Of a DNA stretch of 64,000 bases, positions 53,587-64,000 are shown piece after piece; position 1 is the stretch's first letter; each line of letters starts with the position of its first letter. The position numbers and the translations under genes were made by a program. Under the pieces are notes generated by a model. That model was given only the letters and a program-made list of their open reading frames with translations, was not told where the DNA came from and did no database searches. Source of the stretch: Geosiphon pyriformis uo1 (taxonomy: Eukaryota; Fungi; Glomeromycota); the NCBI GenBank assembly GCA_016748015.1, contig JAAOMT010000714.1, positions 101,840 through 165,839 of the forward strand, written 5' to 3'.

Positions 53587-56500
53587 TTATCTCTCTTTGT
53601 TAAGAATGAGTCCTTTATGTCTAAGTAAATTCTGTCCTTCATCGATCGCTTTTTCTACTTCCATGATTAATCTCTCACCCCATTGAGGTATCTTTCCTCT
53701 TAACTCCAAACCGCTTCCTTTAGCACCATTAGAAGATGTCAAATTGTTCGCGTTCGGCCCATTCCATCGGGGATAATTGGTCGTAATAAAATCAAAAATT
53801 TCAAGTTTCAAGTCTTCTTCTAAGGCTATTTGGAAATTTGGTTCGATACCGTATAATGAATATACATATTGATCTATTGTATACTGAAGACATGCTGAAG
53901 CGTGAAGAAGGGACTCAAAGAATGGCTTCATAATGCGAGTTTTGTTCGCACCATATCTCCCTGTTGCTTGTGGTGTATTTAACATCTCGACATCATTATC
54001 GGTGGTGTGATGAGGCGAAGATGTCAGGGTTGAACCATCAATTATTTCATCAAAACGTGGTACAATTTCGGGGTATAAGGAATATTCGACGCCGTCCCCA
54101 CGTCCCCGACATTTTTTAACCATAACCCAATTGCCTTCCTGTTCTTCCCTTAAGACAACGCTTGTCTCATCACCATCACCATCTTTCTCTTTTTCTTGCC
54201 ATTCTCGACCCGTCAATTGCCACGCACCCCGTCTCAATTTTTCTACCACAGCGCTAGAAACTTTATCCTCGTCATCACATAGGCGAATTCCTTCAAAGAG
54301 CATCTTGCGTACATGAATCATACGCTTGACGCATCCAGAAAACCAATTTGCACCGTCCATGTCTTCAGGGGGCGCGTAAGGAATCTTTGCCATGCTTTCT
54401 CGAAAAAGTCGCATCCGACCTTGTTGGTCATATTTACAATGGTGCGATAAAAAGTGTTGGATAGTGGTGGAATTTAGTAAACCGAGGAAGAAATATGATG
54501 ATAAAGGGGTCGTGGACTTAAGGGTAAAATATATGCACTGGAAATTGAATCACATATATGGAGTAGTGAGAGATATATCAAATATTCAAGAGATATATAT
54601 ATGACAAATTAAAGGTTAATTGATTAAATTTTCTTTACCTGATTTGTTACGCAAACGTTATTTTCATCAATGAAAAACCGTTGACGCGGCTAATAAACCA
54701 GATTGAAAAAAATGAAATTTAGGAGACGTAAAGGAGTAACTATGTCCAAAATAAATTTATGGCTTGGTAAAGTTTTGACTTTCAAATTTTCTTCCAATTA
54801 TTTTTTCCTGGTAATGCCGAGTCTTTTTTCTTCCTCTTTTAGGCGGAAAAAACTATGAACCCAAAAGAATTTAACATATGACGAACCTGGTTCTTAGAAA
54901 AATAGCCATAATTAATGGGATGTATGATTTTTGTTTCGACATCTACCCTGGATATAGATATAAATATATATGATGTTATTTAAGCAAAAAAATTAAAAAA
55001 AATGCAACAATCTCAAGTTATAATAGCTTCTGAAATTCTATGACAAGATGGTATTTGGATGATAAATTAAGATCAAATTCCCAGCTGAATCATTTTTTCA
55101 TTTATCCTGGAATTTGTACGACCTTATCCATGAATAAGAATGGTAAAAGACAGTGCAAACTACAAGACAAGACAACTCACCCACACTTGCTAGTTCCACA
55201 ATAAACGATTTCTCTAGAGCTCATTCCAGTTTGCAGATTTTTTCGAGCTTCCCTTAGATAATACCAAAAAGCACTATCTTCCCCAACCTCTTTTCTTACT
55301 TTATCAACAGCGTCTCGGTCCACCATTATTAAAGAATATACAGACTTTTCAGAAGCGACTGGAGCACTAGTAACACCCAAAGGAACATAAGCTTCTGCAG
55401 GGGAACTTTCTTTCTTTTCTAATCGTAATTCATCACCCATTTTCTGCCAAAATTCTGCTTCTTTTCCACCATTTTTTCCGTTCCAATAGAACACAGGACG
55501 AAGCCACCTTTGAGAAACTTCTCGCCCAAATTTATTATAAGCCCAAGCCGTTCGAACCACTAAAGCATACACAGGATTTGTATTTGGTCCTCTATGCCAG
55601 ATCAACGGGTTACGTTCAAGCCATGAAGATTTTACACTTTGATGATCGCAAAGAGACGGTAAGTTTACAGTAATAGAATGAAGATAGGCGCTCACAGCAG
55701 AGGTAGGCATTAAAAAAGTGAATGAGTAAGAATTAGTTGCTGATGGCAGAATTGTACTCGGATAAGGTGGTGTGAGCTTGTAATGCATGTCTTTCTCATA
55801 ATTGTTAAGCATTTTTTGGTCGAAATTGGAATATGCTTGAAGCGTTTCTTGTAAAGTCGCTTTACGATTCATATAACGTAGAAAAAGGATAGACGGTTCG
55901 TTATTGTTAAAAGATGTTGATTGTGTGGATGCTATTAGATGATTGTGGAGTGGAATGATTTCTCTTCGACGACGTAGACGAAATATCAGTGAATCTGTTT
56001 GAATTTTTCGCCATACTTTGAATGGTTCGAATTGAAAAAATTCAACAAAGTGACACCTTTGCCAAAGCCACGCTCTATTACATGATTATAGAATTAGGAT
56101 CAACATCTATGAAAAAAAATCGTTCACATCGAAAAACCAAACCTGAGCTTATCTGCAAACTCTAAGCCCATCCATTGACTTGCTTTTGTACCAAATGAAA
56201 TTGGGACAATTTAGAATTTTAAATATTGAAATTCCGGTTGAAATAAAGGAAATGTAGACACGAAAAATTATGCGAAAATTCTTACCGCTAATCAAGCAAA
56301 TTTCCCCAAAATCTTCATGACATCTTTCAACGCAGAACCAAAAGAAATAAGCGTATGCCTGCATTCCACCTTTTCCTAATACTCTCTCATCAAAAAGTTC
56401 ACTATCCGGTTCAGAGATAAATCCGGTCTTTCTTATCATGTAGGGTGGATTAGTGACGATATAATCAAACTTGAGGCGTTCAGGAGAACGTAGTTTCGAT

Positions 56501-58333
56501 AAATTTTCATACTCCCAAGCAAGTTCAGGCTTTGGCAGATATAAATTTAGTGTGTCATTACGAAACAAATACATCCTTGTTAATTTTAGAGTGATTTCTT
56601 GATTATTGGGGGAAACTTGAAGAAATTGCTTATAAAGTGGTAATAAATGAAGAATGATGTTGAGCTTGCAAAGATGAAGGGCAAATGAATCAATCTCTAT
56701 TCCCCATAGGTTTTTGGCTAGTGATTGAAGTAAATGTCCAAGAGCTTTATGTTCCTCCCATACGGAGGGATATTGTCGCGCAGCAAGTGTGAGACGATTG
56801 ATAAATTCGCAAAGAAAGGACCCAATCCCCATACATGGGTCTAAAACTCTTGGTGTATGAGGCATAAACCCAATCCTATGTCGATTTTGGTTCGTTGAAT
56901 TGTAAATATGAGCTTGATCTCTTAGCAGCTTTTCCAGCCAAGTAGAATTATCTGTATAGTCCTTTGGCAGCAAAACACGATCCCACATAAAACGCATAAC
57001 TTCACGTGGAGTATAAAATTGTCCATGATCCTTTTGATGTTCTTTAGCGAAAATGTTTAAAAAATATTTTGTGTAAAACATTGACAAGATTGATTCTATG
57101 GAATCTGGAGTTGTAAACCGTATGGAAAATATGTGCAACCGCGGAAGTAAATTACATGGATAGTTGAATTCGACACGTATTACGCGACGATAATACCACA
57201 TGAAAGCGTCCAAAAAATATTCGTGATCTGTACCATTATTTAAGGAGTTTGGTCGATTGATCAAAAAGTTATCTTCATCCGAAAATATTTTCATAAATTC
57301 TCTTAAGATCATTTGTTGAGTTTTTTTGTCTTTTTCATGATCACATAAAAAGTCCATTACTACCACTTCAAAGAACATATGAGCCACACTTAAGAAAGCC
57401 GTCTTTTGACAATAAAAATCAAAGACATATTGATAGAAATGAGCACTGGGTGAAGGTACGCTTGAATGAACATCTGATGAAAGTTCAGCTCGAAGCTGGT
57501 CCAAACTTCTAATAGGTGGTGGTCTTGACGTAGTCGGACTTGGGAGAGGAGTCTCCTGCAACAGTTTATTAAATTCGACCAGAAATGTTGATGGAATTTG
57601 ATAGTCTACAATATAATTATGAATTGATTAATAAAATATTCTGTGTCAGACAATGCATCAAATATTACGTACTGATTGGCTAGATACGTATTTTGCAAAG
57701 TTTTGGTGTACATTACAAACAAATTTTTAGTGTTCCATCGTTAATCTTTTTTCTTTTTTTTTGCTTCGATTTTTACTTCCTTAATAAAATAAACTAAAAG
57801 TGCTACTTACCATATTCATTGGAAGTTATAACTGTTCGCCGAACGTGAATTTTAATTTCTTCTAAAGTTTCTCCCAGAACCTCGACAACTTTAATAACTT
57901 GTTCTTCGGACAAATGGCAAGTAAAAGTTGGTGTAGGGAAAGCTGAGGAGGATGAAGGCGAAGAGGATGATGATAAAGAGGAAGAGGATGGAATAATAGA
58001 AGTTGAGGAGAAAGGAGCGGTATGCCTTCCAGGAGAGCGTAAAGATTCACCATGAGCGCAAATTTGACCTGGGTTGACGGGTTTAAAAACGAATGGTGTT
58101 GTAATTTGAATATCGGAGACAGGTTTGTGCCTTGAAACGTTTATATCTTGATATGAATAAATTTCGCTTTCAGTACAAGGGTCCACCTCATGGTCGTTTA
58201 AAACAACGTTTAGCCAGCTAGAAGTGGAACTGCTCCCAGCTATGTTTGTACGGTTGCGTTTTGACAAACGAGTCCTATTCTTGGGAGAGACGGGAAGATA
58301 TGAGCCCTCCTTGACGCTAGGAACATGCGCCAT
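53587..58333 (-). CDS. Intron-containing, restriction-modification-type DNA amino-(N6-adenine) methyltransferase with a TaqI-like target-recognition domain, ~1279 aa
   Basis: Hand-built 7-exon model, all introns GT-AG and phase-consistent: 58333-57811, 57605-56286, 56182-56143, 56074-55181, 54947-54887, 54689-54639, 54537-53587 (3840 nt). Motifs: HGQFYTP (~57015), VLDPCMGIGSFL (~56830), WGIEID, FDYIVTNPPY (NPPY 56440-56451), spliced ISASQWMGLEFADKLRAWL, and TRD-like KIIHP...RFFIDE...YFFLGLLNS...KIPY. Confidence 0.9.
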
Positions 58334-61300
58334 TTATGTTTCTATTAATAAATTGAGTTTACGAATGGTCCTTTATAAAGAAAGAGGTAAAGGACAAAGC
58401 TTCGAAAAAGCGGGGTTATTAGATGAAAAGGAAGATATAGCACCGCAAGCCCTGCATAGTGACACCTTCAAAGAAGGTTCTTGCTTATTTCGTAAAGTCT
58501 ACGTTGAAAACAGAGGGTCAAAAGAGACGCTCGCTTTCTCTTGCAAGTCTCACAGAGCTGACTATGGAGGAAGCGAATGGTAGAAGGTTCAAAAATAGTA
58601 AAGCGTTGGCAAAACAATCAAGGTCAATCATTATTTTCTTTTATGTTACCGAAAAATCAAAATTTTTCGGTTTATATTATCACGTAATAAATATAGTGCA
58701 TATATAATATAGATATATAATCAAAAATGGTCAGATCTGGCGATCCCGGGCATTTTAGCTGCAGGTGAGTTTTAGTCCCAAGGATTATACAAGAATTTTG
58801 TTTTATTTGGATAGTAGGGAAAGACACGAGGCATTTTTTACTTTTAATAAAAACTCAATTTTATTTTGGATTTCAAATTTTCTTATTTAAGAGGACCATT
58901 TATTTCAACAATTTTTTCTTCAAACAACTAGAAAAACTTTCAAAAATTACCATAAATTTTTTGACTCATTTCGATCCACATTTGGGACAACAAAAAAGGT
59001 GATAATATTACATTACTAAACTTGGCGTTATTATGTAGCATTTAAAGCTCTTTTTTTCACACGAACTTTTACAAATTTCAAAAACGCATGACAAAGAAAA
59101 GACTTATGGGCGTTTTGAGTCTTAAGACAATATAAAAACAATATCAGGCTGAAGGAACAATGGTCATTAAAAAGTGAAAAGGCAATTATTAGGGGGTAAA
59201 AAGTGTTCGGTTAACTCTTGAAAAAAAAACCCTCCTCCCCCAAAAAAAACCAAATAATACTGGAAAAAATCCATTATCCCTGATCGTCTCTCAATTCCAT
59301 AATTGGTATCTAAATATTTGCAAGCAAAAATAGTTTATGATATTTAAAAATGTTCCATTGTTAATCTTTTCCGGAAAAACTGTCTCAATAAAATGAACAA
59401 AAGTTGTTAGCTGTTGTCACACCTTCTCATGACTTTTTTAAGTCCAAGAAACGTGCTAATACAGATTGAAATCGATACCAATCCTGAATTAGTTACAGTA
59501 CAAACCATTTAAAGAATTTTCATTTGTTAAAAGACAATGTTTAAAAACCAGATATTAAACAGACAATCTCTGTTTGGTTAATACACTGAAAATCTGAATC
59601 ATACCAATTTTTCTCTAATGCAAACTTTATGTTTAGATTTTAAGAAAATTTTTTGGCCTTTGGCTTCATTTAAATTTAAGATTTCAAAATAGGTTTAATT
59701 ATATTATGCCATAATTTTTGTTTAATAAAATTATCATTATTTTAATTGCATTTATAGTAAATTCAAATTTTTATATAATTGTTATTACTTATATGCATAT
59801 TATAATATAAAGTATTATTAAAATTTGTTAAATATTGTAAAAATTGTGATTAATTGTAATTAAAAATCAAATTAAAACTGTTTAAAGCAATTTTTTATTG
59901 AAAATTACAATTTTTTTTCTTTGAATTACAATTTTATAAGATAAAAATATATTATTATTATGGAATTGTAATTTTTAATTGATTTTTTATTTATTAATTA
60001 CTTTTTTTAATTAATTATTATTGTATTTTTTATTTATATAATAATAATAATATATAAACATTATTTTTATATTAAATTATATTTATTTACATATAATTTT
60101 ATTAAATTAAATTATAATCTATTTTACTTATTTTATAATAAAATTTAATTTTATATTTTTTATAATATAATAAATAAGTTTACTTAAAATTTTTTTAATG
60201 TTTTAAAAAATATATTTCAATTATTATTTACAAATTAAAATATATATATATTTAAAAAATTAATATAATTATGTATTTTTTATATATAATTAATTATTTA
60301 AACCAATTAAAATTAAATTATATTAAAACTATATATAGAATTATATAATTTTTATTAAAATTACTTTAATGTTTTTTAAAACAATTGTTATTATTAAAAT
60401 TAAAATAATTTTAATATTAGTATATTATTATTGCAATATTTTTAATTTATAAGTATTTATAAGAGAATATTATAAGTTAATATTTAATTTAAAACTCAAA
60501 TATTTAAACAATTGCTTTTTAACTTAACAATAAAAGTTTTACAAATATATTAACTTATATTTTAAAAATTTATAATTAGTTTAAAAGTTCAATTTAATTT
60601 TTATTGAATTTTATGTTTTAAAAATTTTTTTTTATTAAGATATTGATTAATTTCTTAAAAATAAAAATAAAATTTAGTAAACTATTTATCATTTTCTAAT
60701 TTCAACTCAAACTAATTAAATTTTATTTAAACTACTTAAAATTTATCTAAAATCTCTAAGCTTTAACTTAAACTGCTTAAAATTTGTTAAACTGCTTGAA
60801 ATTACTATTATTACAAATTTCAAGATTCTATATAATTTAATTATAACATTTGTTATATTTGTATTAATTAATATAAAATTAAAAAGATGTATTAATAATA
60901 ATTAAATAATCATTATATTTTGTAAAATAATAATAAGTATTAAGTTAAAAATAATTTCATAATAATTTTTAATCTAAATTTTAGCTGGTAACAACATTAA
61001 TATTGTTTATCTAAAACTTTTTGGTTTTTTGTTATATTTTAAAAAAATTTATAACAAAACTATTGTTTTTTGATAAACCAGAAAAAGATATGATTAAAAA
61101 TAACAAAAAAGTTTGCTATTGTTACTGATAAAAATGGTGCTTTTTTTTTTGTTACTTAAAACAAAGTTTTCGCTACTGCTAGAGTTTTTTTGAGCATTTT
61201 TACAAAAAAGCCAACAAAGTAAAATAGTATTTCAATAATAATAATCAAAAATTATTTTACTTAAGAAAAATGCTTTTATAATATTTTGTCTAACTGTTTT

Positions 61301-61945
61301 TACTATTGGAAAAATATTTTTAGTTGTTGCTTTTTTACTTATAATAGCAGAAATAATAGTTATAAAAAGTCTTCAAATTATTAAATTGGTGCGAAAGACT
61401 GACAAATTGGTCAGAGATGCGTGCTGAAAATGAAAAGGCCGGTCTGATACGATATGATGAGGTAAACTTCGTGGATGACCCTAATTCAAAAGGATTGATG
61501 ATGGGGACGCGAATCATTCAGGGAACTTAACGTTTGTGACCTGGGTGTGTTTGATGACGCATTTAGTTTGTTCCTAATGTAGTTTTGATTGGCTAGGCAT
61601 TTAGTCACGTGAAAAAGCGCGCAGTTCGCGTATATATATGGCTATGTAGATAACTATTCGCAAAAAAAATTTTACAAGTAAATGGATTTAATTTTAAAAA
61701 TATTAAGAAAGAATTTATTATATATAAGCTTATAAATTTTTAATATAAAATGATTTTTTAATTTTTTATATTAAATAAATTTTGTCCATTGCAAAAATGA
61801 GATCAGACTATGAAAGGAACGGATGGACCCACACAGACGATTTGCCTGTTAAACGCTAATCTACTTATTTGGGTTTTTTAATCATTGCGGTAAAATAGGA
61901 ATATATTCAAACGCGCCATCTTTGGAAAAGTTGAGTGGCTCAGTT

Positions 61946-62015
61946 TAGTATTGTCTTGACGTAAGTCCGGTGGCTGGTCACGTGTTGAAACCGCATGATC
62001 CACATAGATTAGACA
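61946..62015 (+). repeat. Isolated, diverged copy of the 5' half of the LINE 3' tail
   Basis: TAGTATTGTCTTGAC..GGTGGCTGGTCACGTGTTGAAACCGCATGATCCAC aligns with the copy 6 tail TAGTGTTGTCTTAAC..AGTGGCTGGTCACATGTGGTTAAGTGCATGATTCAT. No ORF2 sequence recognisable upstream. Confidence 0.55.
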
Positions 62016-63430
62016 GTGGAAGGTTATAGCAAAATTAAAGATTTTTTTGTTATTTAATTTAAACAAATTTGTTATTTAAAAATAGAGTTGTATTTTTAAA
62101 AATAATTTTCATATAAAAATTTTTAATTAAATTAAATTATTTGTATTTGTATTTTTACTTCTTAATCATGTAAATTTTATGTTTACAATTAGAGTAAAAT
62201 AACTAAAAACCTTTTTTAAATAATAAAACAGTTAAGCAAAATATTGTAAAATTTTTTTTAATTGATATAAATTTAAAAACAATCTTTAATTGTTTTAAAA
62301 GCATATTAAAATAATAATAATTACATTAAAAACTGTTTTTAATATGCTGTTTTAAAATAATAAAAATTTTTAGCAATTAAAAACTGTTTAATTTCTATAA
62401 TACTTAGAAACAGTGTTTTTATAAAACACTATTTGGTTGTTTTTATTGCTAAATATAAAAATAAGTTTTATTATTATTATTAAAATAATAAATTTTTTGT
62501 GTTTAAAACATAATTATTTAATTTTAATTATTAAATAAATTCTACAATTTAAAACTTATAAAAAACTTATTATGTTGTTGTTATTTAGCATATTTATTTT
62601 AAAACAAATTAATAATTTAACAAAATAAAAAATTTAAATTATTATAATAAAAATTTTGTTATTATTATTAAAAATACATTAAGCTATTTTATATAAAATT
62701 TACATATTAAAAATTTTTAAATACTATTATTAAAATTAAATTAAAATTTATTAATTTTTAACAATATATTATTTTTTATATAAAATTTTTTAATTATGAT
62801 TAATTTTAAAAAATATATTATTAAATTTTTTTATTTTAAATTAAAAAGTTGTTTTAAAAAACCTTTTTAAAACCAAATTAAATAATTTTTTGTTTAATTT
62901 ACAATATTTAAAATAAATAATATAATTGATTAAATTTAAAAAAATTTATTTTTTATTTTTTAATTATTTAATTTTAATTATTATTAAAAATATATTATTG
63001 TTATTTTTAAATTTAAAAAATTTTTAATTACAAATATTGTTTTAAGTATTAAAAATTTTAATTTTTTGGTCTAATTAAAATTATTATTTAATATGTAATT
63101 TTAATTATTATTTAATATAATATATCAAACCAAATAACTTAAATTAAACATAATTCATATATATTCTATATATAATTAAATATAAATTCAACTTAAATTA
63201 AATTATGTTAATTTTATAAAGAAAAATTTATTCTAAAAAGATATTTTATTCATAAATATAATTAAAATATTATTATAATTATATTACTTGTTTATTTAAT
63301 AATTTTATTTGTATTTAACTTGATATTAAATAGTTAATGTTTTTAAAAAAGTATTAATTAATCAAATATATATATATTTAAAATATTATTATTTTTAAGT
63401 TTATACTTAGTTTTAAGTTTAATAATAATA

Positions 63431-63971
63431 TTTTTTTTATTAATATAATTAATAAGTAAAGTCTAATTACTATTTAGTATACAGAATCAAACCAAGTAAC
63501 TCAAACTAAATATAACTCATATATTTACTATATGTGACTAGCCACTTAGGCCAAATAAAACAACACTATACATTTATGAAAACTTTTATATTTTTATTCA
63601 AACCAAAAAAAAAGAACATAACTTATAACTGCCAAAATTGATTGTAAAAAATTTAATAATACCAAGAAATCTGACTATATTATTTGACAATTTGGTCATT
63701 AAATTATCAGTCAGATCAAACATTATATTATCATCTTTTATTAAACCAGTTTTTTTTATTTTAGTTCTAAATTTAGATCTATTAAGCCAAACTATAGAAC
63801 AATATTTTTTTACTAGTCAATTTACAAAACTGATAACTGTTGTTAAAAATTTTTTTTTGGTTTCAAAAATTGACAATGTTTTAGTACACCAAGCTTTTAA
63901 CACAAAACTTTTGCAAATTATAGCATACAGACCTACATTTAACAAACATCTAAATAGAGTATTTATTACAG
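63431..63971 (-). mobile_element. LINE copy 7, 3' end only, decayed
   Basis: Reverse complement gives the ORF2 C-terminus (ICKSFVLKAW..), stop at 63566-63568, tail (TTGGCCTAAGTGGCTAGTCACATATAG) and A-run (T-run at 63431). Confidence 0.88.
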
Positions 63972-64000
63972 AAAAAAAAAAAAAAAAAAAAAAAAAAAAA

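Noticed and set aside
56149-56285. ORF-track C-terminus of the 470-aa MTase ORF (GKNFRIIF...)
   Set aside because: Read-through into intron 2. Splicing at 56285/56183 restores the conserved SQW..ADKLR motif.
57673-57679. Micro-exon CCAATCA (AG...GTACGT) inside MTase intron 1
   Set aside because: 7 nt would shift the frame; direct splicing 57811 to 57605 is already in phase. RNA-seq would be needed to exclude alternatives.
58224-58707. Two + strand ORFs upstream of the MTase (possible partner nuclease or specificity subunit)
   Set aside because: Short, overlap the MTase start and 5' region in antisense, and show no nuclease or TRD motifs.
63972-64000. Terminal poly(A) as a retroelement tail or telomere
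   Set aside because: Not preceded by a + strand tail. It coincides with a T-rich tract inside minus-strand LINE copy 7, so it is probably a homopolymer expansion or contig-end artefact.

Overview
Eukaryotic, AT-rich, repeat-dominated DNA. The repeat proteins and short GT-AG introns resemble a Glomeromycotina fungus such as Geosiphon (inference from recall, not verified). Positions 1-46.4 kb hold six same-strand, mutation-decayed copies of an L1/Tx1-like LINE: ORF1 with RRM-like folds and a CCHC knuckle; ORF2 with APE, RT, RNase H and CCHC. The 3' end of a seventh copy lies at the window end. Nested among them are two ORF1-only (HAL1-like) retroelements carrying the same structured ~125-nt 3' tail as the LINE, a probable solo LTR, a decayed pogo/Tigger transposase and an hAT-type MITE. 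The only intact host gene is a 7-exon, ~1279-aa gene (53587-58333, minus strand). It encodes a bacterial restriction-modification-type amino-methyltransferase (GQFYTP, DPCMGIG, NPPY) with a TaqI-like target-recognition domain and no visible partner nuclease. Top candidates for an undescribed system: (1) this intronised sequence-specific DNA methyltransferase; (2) the LINE / ORF1-only partner pair sharing a structured RNA tail; (3) the RIP-like C>T/G>A decay confined to repeats.
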